A stretch of DNA of 64,000 nucleotides from Podarcis tiliguerta. Its lineage: Eukaryota. The stretch is from NCBI GenBank assembly GCA_965153285.1, contig OZ229110.1, one strand, 5' to 3'. This document shows positions 39,501-52,015 of the stretch, piece by piece; position 1 is the stretch's first letter; each line of letters starts with the position of its first letter. A program made the position numbers and the translations under genes. The notes below the pieces were generated by a model. That model was not told where the DNA came from. It was given only the letters and a program-made list of their open reading frames with translations, and did no database searches.

Positions 39501-40800
39501 AAAGAGAAAGGGTGAAGGGATAACAAAATAGCTTTTTAAGGTAATACAGTATATCTCTACACAACGGCCAGGTTGAAGCTTGACATCTACTTGCACTCTA
39601 TTTTGAGCTATTATAAACTGCACATTAATGTAAACATGTAAAATAATATTCCTAGACTTCAAGTATACTGTTATAAATGTAACCGTGAGGTAATATATTT
39701 CACTTCCTAGTGGCTTAGTACTACAGGCTACTGTGCCAGGAAATAAATATAGAGGGTTGTATAAAACAGCTGCAGCTTGTGTGCAGACTGTAGTGTTATG
39801 GAAAGCAGTACCAAGATTGCTCCAAGTTGCATCCATGCTGCTGTTCTGGCTGCCAGTGCCAGGGGTGGTATGGTGGTATAGCCTACAGCCACTATATGCT
39901 AACAAAAGGCAGGGAAACAAAAGCCAGCTCATCTTTGTACTATCCTGAAGCCTTATTGGCATTCAGCTTCATCAGTGCAATCTTGTGCATCTAATGTTTT
40001 GTATTGAGCTGTCAAGCAGATACTGCCCTTGTAGCTCAGTCAGTGCAGTCACTTATTTGTAGAGTTGGATGGTGTGTTCCAACTTGGGCATGGTACCTAA
40101 GACCCTTTGTGTGGTCCATCTTGGCAGAATATGCTCCCCAGAAGTGCATAGGCCATACAGTACACACAGTAACTTTTGTTGCAGAGAGTTGGCTGTGTCA
40201 TTTGGTACCTAAAGGCAACTGCATAACCGGAATGGCCTATGGAAATGTGTGGGTTCCCAGAGCTTGCAGCCTCCTCTTTAAAAAAAATAACCCATCTCTG
40301 TTCCTACCAGGTTTTTACTTCCCCAATTACACTGAGCTGAGCTCTTGGTTAAGCTCTGTCCTCACTAACGATAAGGTGTATAATCAATGTATTCTTAGCT
40401 GAAGCTTGGGGATGATGAAGAGAGTTTAACCACGTGCGAGTTCAGAGAACACAGTTGGCACAAGACTAAAAAAAGACCATGGAGGAGCAAAGTGGTTCTA
40501 GGAGCCAGTGTGGTCCCAATACACCAGAGTGGTCCTGAGATTATTAAAAACAACCCTGCTTTATAAAAGTTCCAGCATATATTTAACATGGCTTAAAACT
40601 TCAGCACAAGTTTGTAACATCATGATGGAAAATAAGGTACTTGACTGAAAAATGAAACTTGAATAAGCATATGTTTAATTGTGGAGGTTTTTCTCTGTCC
40701 TTTGGAAAGGAATTAGCATATCTTGCATCATTATTTGCTTACCAAAAATAAAGGTCACTTATTACTTATATTGCACACAGAGTGTATTCTTTAAATAAAC
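36540..40800 (+). other. PALS1: PALS1 3' UTR (extent uncertain)
   Basis: AT-rich, repeat-poor stretch after the stop; AATAAA candidates at 39742-39747, 40747-40752 and 40794-40799; Pumilio-type TGTAAATA at 37110-37117. Confidence 0.5.
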
Positions 40801-42633
40801 CAGCACCTTATGTGAACTTGGTGCAATGAGGGGAGGGGAGAGGAGAACTTGTATGCGTCTTTTTTTGGAATTCACAACTCATTTTAAATGCCTTATTATA
40901 TTATTTAGAATCACCCCTCCCACTTCTGGGTGTAGCACTGTTTTTGTTGCATGCAGAGCAGGGTTAATGAATCTCCAGACCACCAGAATTTCCAAGGTGG
41001 AACGCAAGGCCATTTCTCCCAACCCATGCCTAGTGTCTTATCAAGCTGATGGGGGGATTTCAGTCCTGCTCGGTGCTGTTTTGCTATGTTTGAAGGTGAA
41101 GAGAAGTATGGTGTACAAGGTAAATTGAAAGTATAACTCCAGTGACTCATTCTTGCTTCAGTAAACCAATACTAATGTTGCCTTACGCTTCTAAAATTGT
41201 AGACTTACCAGTTTAACCATTATTACAAGCTTATTTCAAGAGTGGAACTGTTCTAAGTTCCGTTAGGTCACCATTAGTTGCTGCTTTAAGTGCTGTGATA
41301 GTGATTTCCTTAACTGTTCACTAAGTGGATCAATTCTTTGCTGGTGTGGAACTTCATGAGTAGTCATGTCTGTCTCAAATCATTAGATGCTTCCAGACAC
41401 TTGCTAGAATCAAGTTAAAAGTTTGGTTTCATCTTTTGGGAATCCCTATCCAGGCATCCTTCAGCTGCTGCACTATCTCAAGGAGCTAAACCACAACTAC
41501 TCCCAAGAACTTCCCACATTCTTAATTCAGTAAGACTATGAATGCTAAATGCATGCAGCACAGGACACAACCATAGCTGTGTTAGGTAGGCAGCGCTGAG
41601 GAAACTATAAACCCCTATGGAGTAGAGAGAGGCTGGTGCCACCTATGGCAGCCCATATAAACACACCAGTTGCATAGGGAAATGGGTGCTCCTTTTCTGA
41701 TAACAGCCCAAGGGCAAAAACACTATGTTCAACTCCTATTCCATTAAGAACAATAGCCTTGTACTGTATAGGATTACTTACCATATGGATGATAGGATTC
41801 CTGCTCCATGTTTGCAGTCATGGGATTGTTGTCTATCACATGACAGTGTATGTAGGACGATCCTAACATTGGCATGATATTATAACATGTTTTTCAGCCT
41901 GCTTGTTAGGGCCAGCTTTCTGTCAAATTGCAGGACAAGTAAGCATGCACTGAATAAGGGAGATTTTGACAAGAGGATGCCTTTTTCAGCTGCTTCAGAG
42001 TTCAAGTAACTATAGAATAGTTGTTCAGATGCAAAAGAGAAATCCTGTTCACTCAACTAGTTCCCACCTACCTATTTTGAAGATTTAATAGATGTTTTAC
42101 AAAAATGACACAAGTTTAGACACAGGTTCCTTTACTGATTTTACAGCACAGATGAGTTGGCAAATACAACATAAAATGGAAACCATTCCTTCTTTCAGAA
42201 ACAAAAAGATACAATGAGATCACACAGATTTTTTAAAAATTGCGTTTTGGAGAAAAAAGCCTGTTCATTTAATAAGTTATTACAGTTGCTGTCACTTGTG
42301 AACACAAAGCAGGTCAGAACAAGGAACTTTGCTCACAAGAATTTGGCAGTATGTGGGGGAAATGAAGTTAAGTACAGCTGAGAGAACAGCAGAAGCAGAA
42401 GTAACAACTAAATTAAATGGAGATATGTAGAACTGGAAATGTTTCTGCTCCATGCATGTGTTCAATGGACAAACCAGCTATTTTCCACAACAGAAAAAAA
42501 ATCCTGGAATAAATCCAGACTGGATAGCACAGGCTAATACACCAAATGAAGAGCCACAAAAGCATCACAATGTGTCCAGAACTGTATCTCAAACTCACTG
42601 TTCTGAGTCCTGCATTGTAACAGATGTCCACAA

Positions 42634-42775
42634 CTATTCAAAGAGAAGGTCCTCATCCTTTTCCTCCGCAAGCAAATTAGCAGGCTCGCGCAGCTGTCCA
42701 GCAGCCCTCTGCAACTCTTGCAATTTTTCATTCTTTTCTTTCAGTATCTTCTTCTTCTCCTGGATCTTCTTTAAT
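42634..42775 (-). CDS. ATP6V1D: ATP6V1D exon 9 coding part
   Basis: [49 protein letters not shown]. Confidence 0.96.
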
Positions 42776-45700
42776 CTACAAAGAAAAATAGTGCAAATTA
42801 TTGTAAAGCCGGTGTGCAGATAGCAGGTCATTCCTACATTTCACACCCCACCCCGAAATGTGACACAGCCATTATCGGGATTTTATTTCGAATTTCACAA
42901 AGTTTGGGGAAAAGCTAGGGCTTCTCATTCCCTGCAATGGCTTGGTGCACCGAGTGCTTTCCCACGCACCAGAAGGAGAGGAAACTCAACTGTGTTGTTA
43001 TGTGTGGGTGTCGCAGTCCCAGTGTGCCACCCCTTAGATGATAAATTGTTCCATTTGACACACTGCATTTGAAGGCTTTTGTAAACGTAAGTTAATATAC
43101 ATTTGTATTCTATTCCAATGAGAAATAGTTGACAGTTACAGGCAAGCAGCAGTGTTGGTGTGCCGTAGTCGAAACAAGTTTGTTATTGATATGAGCTTTC
43201 GTGTGCATGCACACTTCTTCAGATAAATGTGCATGCACACGAAAGCTCATACCAATAGCACACTTAGTTGGTCTCTAAGATGCTACTGGAAGGATTTTTT
43301 TTATTTTGTTTCAAATAGTTGACAGTAATGGGCCATCAATTCTGTGGAAATTTAAGGACAAAGGAGGTGGAGGTGTACTTTCCATTGTAGCTTTGAAACT
43401 TGTTTGCAGTTCTAATCACCTGCTTTCTTTTGGTACAATTATTTAAAAATTGAATTTCTTCCTAGAAAAAGTGAGGTTATTGCTTAGAGCAGGGGTAAGA
43501 AAAGGAACTGACTACCTGGTGTCCTCCAGATCTTTTGGAGCACAACTTCCATTAGTCCCAGCCAACCTGCCTGTGGGTTGATGGGAGATGTAGTCTAAAA
43601 TATCTGGAGTACATCAGGTTAGCAAGGACTGTTGTGGGGGGGGGATCAGTATGAACTAGGCTGCACACTCGTACAGAGTGGAATCCAAGAAGGGGGAGGC
43701 CATTTTTGCTAACTCCTCCCTCGCTGCAGGTTACCACCCCAATAGACTCCACAGAGTTGTGAGACCTTGCAAAAAGAGGATGAAAACTGGTGGTGGAGCT
43801 GCAGGAAAAACATTGAGTGAGCAAAAATTCACTCCTTTTTGGTTAACAGAGGCATTCGTGGGCTCAAAAGACTCCATCCCAGGGCAGCTATTTGATTCCA
43901 CTCACAGTGCTTAGAAGCAATTCCCAAGATCACAGAGGGCAAGAAAAGTGCAACTGTGATTCTGGAAAATGGTGTCAGCAGCCATTGGCTATACCCATAT
44001 GCAACCCAGTTTACATTTTTATTTCTCCATATGATTCTGTTCCTGAGGATACTCAAAAGGAATCACTCGGGAGAAAAAATGCCGCCAATATATGTACGTG
44101 AACCATACCTTTAAAAAATATACAAATGTTCTTCATTTAAGGGTTTATAAACCTCTTCCCAACAAGTGTTTTTGAAATGGTCTACAACAACAACAATAAT
44201 CAGCAGAGCCTCCTGCTAAAGCAAACTTTCCTGAAGCAACTCCAAGGTCTGAATAACCAGACTGGCATAATGACCTAGGCTGAAGGTCTTAAGACGTATT
44301 TTTCTTACCCCGCACTTAACATCTGCACAACACCAACAATATTTTCCAGATTCATAATTTCCTATTTTTAGATGGCCAAGTCACTCACCTGTAAAACTCC
44401 TCTCGCTCTCGCTCATCCAACTCAGTTATGATATAAGACAGTGTACGTTCAATCCTGGGAATGATCACTATAAAAAGAAATTGCTATTAGTAAGTATGAT
44501 TCTATAAATACAAGAAGGACGCAGCCATGCAAAAATTAGTTATCCTGGCAATTGCCATCTATGTTTTTGAACATACATAGATATGTGTATAGTCTGATCT
44601 CCTGCCAAGGAGTGCCCAGGTTGTCAACCCTTGAGTTAGATGCATAGTTTGTTGTTTGGCACAGTAATTTAAGCAGGATGGCCAGAGTGTGACAGAGCAA
44701 AAGGAAAAATCCTTATAGTGATGTGGTGTTCCAGGGGCCACAAACAGTGGTGGTGGTGGGGAAAGGGTCATCTTAGAGAGAAGGTTCTTCTAGATTCTGA
44801 CCTCTTCTAAGATAGTACTATGAAATGGGGCCTTGGAAAAGCCATCCATCAGCACAGCTCTGAATCACATCATGGTATTAGGATACATATTAGGAAGCTT
44901 CATTTACTACCCAGTTTATGGTGAGCAGTATTTTTTGGTTTTGCTCTCCATTTGGACCTGGTTCAGATGACACCCTAAGCCAAATGGACTGAGAAGGAGC
45001 AAAGCAGCTGCAATCTGAGAGCCCACATATTGCTCGCCCTGTTATGCAAACCAGCTCATTCACCATAGTTAGAACACACTGATGTTTTGGACTACAACTC
45101 CCATCCATCCCCAACAGTTGTAGTCCAAAACATCTGGAAGGTATCAGGCTGGACAAGACTAACTTAAGGATTATCTCCTTTGACTCACCATGCTCAATAG
45201 CATTCACACGCCTATTGGTTATTTTGATGGCTTCATCTAGTGTAACAAACGAAGTCTATAGAAAGGGAAAAGAATGAGCAGAAAATTAGATATTTGTGCA
45301 AAAAAGCATGATGCACTAACTCTTTGTACCTCAGTCCTGAGCAGAGACATGTCAGCAAATATATGGGACTTTTATTGCTAAGAAAGATAAATTGATCTGG
45401 CATCATGCAGGCTTGTCACTCACTTGGTATTTCACATGCAAGTTTCCCTAAATAGTTTTTATTGACAGCTCAGTCTTCCAAACTTACTAGCAGTTTGTTT
45501 TTTGCACCAGTCCAGTATTAGGGGATGGCAAAATAGAAACAGGCTGCCCACACTCCCAGTGCTGATTTACCCACATTCTAGTGTTAATTTGTAAGGTGGA
45601 AAGCGGGGTGTGTTGCTAATTCTTGCACAGGAAACTATAGCCAATATACTGTTAGTGGTGAAGGGGTTATTGTACAATGTGTACATCCACATTGTGAGCA

Positions 45701-48700
45701 TCACAAAGTGAGCACACAAAGTTCTACCAGGCTGATAATTCAGATTCAGCAAATCAACAAAAAGACCCAGCTGTGTGCTCCTTTCAAAGAAGTTGAGAGA
45801 ATAGCACAAACTTAGTACAACAAGGTGGGATTCTGTGCAAATGTCATCTCATCAGTGTTTTGGAAGCCAAATCCAAAGGCTGCAATCTAATTTCCCCTTA
45901 AACAAAAGCCATATAGCTACACCTACCCCCAAACCACTCCCTGGCACCACCATGCACCCCCGACCTCAGGTCGGAGCACAATATGCAGTTCCTCTTGTCC
46001 TCAAAGTATATCTTAGAAACAACTACAGATGATCAATTAGAAAAGGAAGCAGATACTTTAAAATGACCTCACAAAGAATTATTATATATACAGCCATACC
46101 AGAGGTCCTTTTAATAGTTTTCTTTCTTCACCTACCTGCAGAGAGGCCAATTCCACGAGGAGTTCTACTGCTTTGGCATAGTTCCTTTTCAGTTTGGCCA
46201 GCTGCTCCCCACCTCTGGCTAAACCAGTCAGCTCATAACCTGAAAGAATTCATCCAGAACATTTAGCAGCCTCATTAGCAACAAAAAAATCAGCCACCAA
46301 ACAGGAAACTAAACCATCAGAATATTTACTATAGGGTGGAGTATGGTTCCAAGCATGAGACAGCTGCAAAGCCACTCATCTCAGCTGCCACTTCTAATAT
46401 GGAAAATGCAAATAATTGTAAAGGGATATATCTGACAGTGTCAGGAGGACACTTGCAGAATGGGTTTCCACCAGCGTGATAGAATTTCCCCTTCCTCTCC
46501 AATCCCTGTACCCTCAAAGTCTGATCCACAGGGTTGGAGAACCCTCCAGAACAAATTTGGGAGTGGGGTGGAGGTAGGACTACAAAAGGAAGGGGAAGTT
46601 TCATCGCACAAGTGATATCGCCCAAAGAATACAATCTTGACCCTACTAAAGTAAACAGCATGAGTTCCCATAACATCCCAAAGCTCAGGATTGCATTTTA
46701 AAAGACACCATGTGGTCTTTCACGTGTTAACCTCTCCTCCAGTATATAAAAGCAACCCATGTTTTTTTAAAAATTGAGGGCTAGTCCCAGAGTGCTAGCG
46801 GAAGTCGGTGCAAGGGCTCCTGCTAGTGTAAAGGGGCTCCTCCCCCCCCAAAAAAAAACTGCCATAGAAAGCAGTGAGAACCCTCAGAGCAGCACACAGG
46901 GGCAGAGAGGGGGGTCGTTTCATCAGGCAAGCAGAAATACTTGCACTTGACAGAATGATCAGAATAGTGCAATGTCAAATTCTCCCCTAAACATTTACAG
47001 AGTTGTAAATAGTCCACATAACCATTGCTATTATATTATACTACAGGCCAGTTACAGAAGACGCAGTTTTCAAGGGTCTCAAACATGGCATATTAAAGCT
47101 AAGATCACATCAAAACCTCTTGAGATAAGGAAAAGAAAAGAAAAATCACTTCTTACTGTCTCCTCCTTCTTGGTAATGTTCAAAAACTGGCAGGGTCACA
47201 CCTGTAAAAGATACACAGCAGGTTGTGCAATTAATGAATTCCACTTCCTAATTTCTATTCTGGCTGCCATCTTGTTCTCATAACGCTCATGGCCACACCC
47301 TTTGGGACCGAAAGCCAATTTGATTCTGGTTTATAGGGAGCACTTAAATCACAGTTTCGAAGTTCAGATGTAATGAGAAATGATGCCTTAAATGAACCAG
47401 AATACATCCTCTGAAGCTCAGTTTATAAAATGAGCCACATTTTAATAAAAACCCTGACAGACTGAAGTGTGCCCAGAGCAGGGCCAGCAGTAGTGTGAAA
47501 AGTCAGGAAACCATCCTATGAGCAACAGCTGAAAGAGCTGGGTATATGTAGGCTTAAGAAGAAGTACTTAAGGTGAGGCATGACAGGCTTCAAATATATG
47601 AAGGGCTGTCACAGAATATAGAACAGTTATTATCTATTGCTCCAAATTCAGAACAAACAAGTGAAAATGGCAGAGAAGCAGATTTTGGATAAACTTCCCC
47701 GTTTCAACAGTATCACAGACAACCTTGGGAAATGGTGGGCTCTCCAGTGCTGGAGGCATTTAAAGAGTGGCTGGATAGCAATTTATCAGATTCTGCATTG
47801 AACGGGAATTGGACTACGATAACCTTCAAAGTCCACTCCAACTATTTGATTCTACTATAAGCCGCACTAAACAATGTGGTAGTTTCTCAGTGACTTAAAT
47901 AATTAAATAAATAGAATTAAAAATAATTATATCATGCGTAGCATAAAGATACACACCTGCTACATTGTCTTTCTTAGCTCTGATCTTGACCTGAGCTTTG
48001 TTCACATTCTGAATCACAGTTGTACTGCAGAAACAAATATGTATCAGTACGTATTCAATGGATTTGAGGAAGCAATTGCCAGTATATTTTCTTAGTTTTC
48101 ATGAAGTATGTTTAATGCGAACACAGCAGCATACATAGAAATGTAAAACCTGGTCCTAGCACCTGCTGCACAATTCCATGTATGTTTTCTCAGAGCAAGT
48201 CTCACTTGTGAGGCTTAATCCCAGGACAGTATATACATAATACAACATCATGGTATCCTATAAAGCAGAAAAGTACTAGAGGTTCTGTTTTTCCCCAAAT
48301 ACAGTACTAAGCTGAATTAAAGGTTCCAACTCTTGAACCAATAAAAATGCACTGCTGTTTTTCTTATTCATAAATGTGATAACAGAAATGTTTTATATCT
48401 GTGAAATGGGACATTGCATTTTAAAATATCCCTACAATTTATTCCTAAAACGTTTCTGAAATCATGATTAGTGAACTGCCATTTTTATAACGTTCAAAGC
48501 AGTGACCACAGCAAACCATGCTGATCAGTCTTCAAAACATGCTCTGATGCGCTGTGGGCAATGCAGTGGTAATTTGTTTTAAAGAGTAATCGATGACTGC
48601 TACTGGAACACAAAGTCACAGAAACTCAAGGAGTCATTTGTCAACTAGAAGAAGCTAAAATATGAAGGTAGGTAGTAATATTTAGAACACTGCGGAGTCT

Positions 48701-51700
48701 ATCACAACTTTAGTGTTATTCCCTGCCCTCATATTTTTCTTCTGCTCGTTTATCTTTGCAGACACTCTGGAAATATATTTAATTTCCTATGGGGTTTGCT
48801 TTCTACCTTTTCCTCTTATAGGATCTGCTGCAGAATTTTCATTTTTCTCCCAATCTCCCCCATAAACAGAAAGGAATGGTTCACCTCTTGAGAGAGGCCA
48901 AATGTCTCACACAGAAGTTCCCTCAACTACACCCATTTGTGAGGTTTACCTGAAGTCTCCAGCTGTGAACTTTGCCTCAGCAAGAGAAAAGGCTGCTTCT
49001 CTCATCACCTCACCCATCAACATCTTTGTCTGCAAACACAACCCAAAAAAAGGACATTTTCTGAAACCAATATACAGGTTACAATTGAGAGTTAAGTCAG
49101 GAATGGGCCTGTTTTGTTCTCGTTTTAAAAAGAGCAAAACTCGTTCCTGCTATTATAATGGTTCGTACATTGGAAATGCTTTAGCTTTATTTCACAGGTA
49201 AATTCAGTACATTAAAACACCCTACCTCAATAATTTTTTTAAGAATCTGCCGGAATCTCATAGTCAGAGCATCAGATTTCTTCTTCAAGAGGTTGCGACC
49301 TGTCTGGGCTCCTTTCAAACGGGCCTTCATGATGGTCTGAGCCCTGTCAAATTCAAAAAAGTGATAAATACTTTTGATCTTGCCACTGGAAATGATCTGG
49401 GGAAAAGAGAAGAGTGTTCCTGAAAAGGCACATTCCTAAAAACAAGAGGAAATATTCTTTGGCTCACAGAACTTGAACATACACTTACAACACATGTCTG
49501 ACAGTCCAATCCTATGCTTGTTTACTTTGTAATAATACCTACTGTGCACTGAAGGGTACATCATAAAAGAGGTTTAAAGAATCTCTCAAGGCAAATCTTT
49601 AAAAATGTAGTATAAACACCAACAACTGGGAAACACTGGCCTACGAGCGTCCAATTGGAGAGCAGCCTTTACCAAAGGTGTCATGGACATTGAAGATGCT
49701 CGAACTCAGGACAAAAGGGGAAAACGAGCTAAGAGGAAGGCATGCTTGGCAAACCCTCACTACGATCAACTCCTGCCTGGAAACCTATGTCCCTACTGTG
49801 GAAGGATGTGTGGATCCAGAACTGCAATTCTAAACACGCTTGCATCCCCATACCAAATAAGCAAAGATGACAAACTCCAGTTTTATGGGGAGGCTGCAAC
49901 AGAAGTGCTGCCAAGAGAACTTTAGAATTGGTTCACTCTGCCAAAAGAAGCTTAGCAACCTTTGTGTCTGAATTTTCACTTTTAGAAATATCGCAACCCT
50001 ATTATAAGCTAAGTTCCTTACTGGAAACTCAAGAATTTGTTTTGCATTGTGAGCTGTCTCTTCTACCATTCAATGCAAACCAAATCACATCACATACCAC
50101 TTTTCTCAATATGAAGTTCCAGGTAACGTATGAACAGCAGCATGGACAGAGGCAATCCTATGACAAATGGTGGATATTTGAAAACTGGCACATAATGAGA
50201 CAACCACTGCAGGCCCTTGCCTCACTTTTATAATCGTAGCAAGAAGCAATAACATTGGCTTCACCTAATGGCTAGACACAACTTGCTTTCTACATGCTTG
50301 CAATTATCTCAAAGAATGGTAACAAGCAGCTGCCACACAGTAAACAATGGTCTGTGCTCACTCTATGGATTTGCCTGAATTCAATGGTTTTTGCCTGTTC
50401 AGTAATTGCTGTGTCCACCCATGATTCCCATGATCTCCAAGGAAAAGTAATTGGAAACATAACAACAAACTAATTTTTGGCAGTACTAGAAATACTGAAT
50501 AAGGAGATTTCATGGCAATTCCTTAGAGAGTTTATAATACAGTATGTCTCCCAGGAACCGACTAAGCTGGAAAACAACTTGAGGAAGAGAACTGGAACTT
50601 CTTTAAATGAAGGGAAGGTCTGGTGTCCGTATTCCTGCACTGACTGGCTTGTACCACTGCCTCTCTATCTCAGACTAACTCATTTACTAGTTGGAACAAG
50701 ATTCAGCAAAACTGTGTGTGGATATTAAACATGGCTCTGTTTACTATCAAGAATGCCATGCCAGATTCAGCAAACATACTGGAAATATGGCTGATCTATG
50801 TAAGGAGCAGGAATCTATACTCATAGTAAAAACTCTGCAAGGTGAAATTTAATGCATACCTGCCTAGAGAAAATTCCACTGAAATCAGTGGGACTTCCAA
50901 GTTAATACAACAGTATGGCAATGTGCGAAAATAAGAAACTGCCAAGCTAGGCACTAGAAGTACAATTAATTTTATGGCACTTAAAAGAAACAGAAGTCTT
51001 ACAGCCTTCAAAACAAGAGTGCTCATGAGGAAACTCAGTTCTCCCTCTCAAAATTCAGTTTGAAAGCTGAACACAGTTGTTTGTTATTAAGAAGTTTCTA
51101 TTTTGAAATTACTAAGGTTGCAATCTTGTGTACTAGAATAAGCTTTCTACTTTTGAGCATCATTTTGAGGCTTCACTTTCCTCTTTCCCCTCTTTTAGTA
51201 CTGCCCCTTCCTACCATCCTCTGACTAGTAAAAAGTGTCTCTAATTCAAACATATTATTAATAATAGGAGACATTTCAAGCATTGCATAGTCAGATAAAA
51301 TGACAACCTTGTTCCATAATTGTCAAAGACATCTGACCATATGACAAAGCATTTGCCATTTTAACCTGGAAACAACTCACATTTCACTTCCCCATTTTTT
51401 AAGCCTACAAGCCTGACTTGTCTGAATGGGGGGGGGGAGAGACTCTTACATGACAGGTAACCTCACCTTTTTATTCCAACGCATTCCTCCCACAACCCCT
51501 TGTAAATTTAACCAACGCCAATCAATACATTGGTGATAGTTATGGGATTCGAAACAGAATTTGACGAGTATCAAATTCTGCACCCCAAAGCGCTCTCCAA
51601 ATTCAACGCGAACTGAAGCAATCCAAAATAGCTACCATTCTATTGGGCTCTTAAGGCCGCTGAAAACGGATCGCACCCTTCCACTGCGAATTACAAGGGT

Positions 51701-51922
51701 GAGAAAATGCACCCGCGTGACGGCGGCTAAAGGGTGTTTGTGGCTGATCCGTGGCAGCTTGAATTTGAGAGCTCAACACCCCCCAGCGCACAGTGTCCGG
51801 CTGTGGGGCCGCAGGGAAGGAACTGACCGCCCCCCCCCACCGCCCAAGGAAGGCCCCGAAAGGACCAGGAAGGCCACTCACATCCGCGAAGGGAAAACCT
51901 CGATCCTGTCTTTGCCTGACAT
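42634..51922 (-). CDS. ATP6V1D: V-type proton ATPase subunit D, spliced CDS 744 nt = 247 aa
   Basis: complement(join(42634-42775,44389-44467,45189-45255,46136-46239,47157-47201,47957-48024,48950-49029,49226-49343,51882-51922)). [14 protein letters not shown]...[15 protein letters not shown]; all GT-AG. Confidence 0.97.
43137..43312. mobile_element. Penelope-like element terminus in inverted configuration
   Basis: Inverted arms 43176-43213 / 43228-43265 (tgtgcatgcacacgaaagctcata...), followed by ttagttggtctctaag.tgctactgg; 14-bp direct repeat aaatagttgacagt at 43123-43136 and 43313-43326. Confidence 0.75.
43189..43225 (-). ncRNA. Minimal type I hammerhead ribozyme-like motif (PLE-associated)
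   Basis: Minus strand: uau CUGAAGA a gugugc-au-gcacac GAAA gc UC aua. Confidence 0.5.
43510..43630. mobile_element. Palindromic MITE (ggactacaactcccatc family)
   Basis: ctccagat.ttttgg..cacaact.ccat ... atgggag.tgtagtc.aaaa.atctggag; related copies at ~30530-30625, 45075-45160, 54676-54927. Confidence 0.65.
44389..44467 (-). CDS. ATP6V1D: ATP6V1D exon 8
   Basis: [25 protein letters not shown]. Confidence 0.96.
45075..45160. mobile_element. Palindromic MITE (same family)
   Basis: Perfect 19-bp arms gatgttttggactacaact (45081-45099) / agttgtagtccaaaacatc (45116-45134). Confidence 0.7.
45189..45255 (-). CDS. ATP6V1D: ATP6V1D exon 7
   Basis: [22 protein letters not shown]. Confidence 0.96.
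46136..46239 (-). CDS. ATP6V1D: ATP6V1D exon 6
   Basis: [34 protein letters not shown]. Confidence 0.96.
47157..47201 (-). CDS. ATP6V1D: ATP6V1D exon 5
   Basis: (G)[14 protein letters not shown]. Confidence 0.94.
47455..47860 (+). mobile_element. CR1 LINE 3' fragment
   Basis: YEQQLKELG..., FKYMKGCH; terminal ggacta.gat.accttc....ccaact....gattcta. Confidence 0.8.
47957..48024 (-). CDS. ATP6V1D: ATP6V1D exon 4
   Basis: [22 protein letters not shown]; donor GTGTGT. Confidence 0.95.
48950..49029 (-). CDS. ATP6V1D: ATP6V1D exon 3
   Basis: [26 protein letters not shown]. Confidence 0.96.
49226..49343 (-). CDS. ATP6V1D: ATP6V1D exon 2
   Basis: [39 protein letters not shown]. Confidence 0.96.
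49555..49825 (+). mobile_element. RTE-clade LINE C-terminal fragment
   Basis: [26 protein letters not shown]...; [11 protein letters not shown] zinc finger. Confidence 0.75.
51882..51922 (-). CDS. ATP6V1D: ATP6V1D exon 1 coding part
   Basis: ATG TCA GGC AAA GAC AGG ATC GAG GTT TTC CCT TCG CGG AT|GTGAGT. Confidence 0.95.
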
Positions 51923-52005
51923 CTTGTCCGGGGTGGTCGGAGGAGATTGCTCGGGAGACGCCGCTGGCTCCTTCGCTTCCTTCTCTCAGCTGGGCTCCCG
52001 CTCCT

Positions 52006-52015
52006 GTCACGTGAC
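52006..52015. promoter_or_regulatory. CLEAR element (TFEB/TFE3/MITF E-box)
   Basis: Exact palindrome GTCACGTGAC, 84 bp upstream of the ATP6V1D ATG. Confidence 0.8.

Noticed and set aside
39414-40402. 182-aa and 132-aa ORFs
   Set aside because: Lie in the probable PALS1 3' UTR; no homology or splice structure recognisable.
47951-47956. Weak donor GTGTGT after ATP6V1D exon 4
   Set aside because: Still canonical GT with correct phase; no sign of U12-type or non-canonical introns in any of the three genes.
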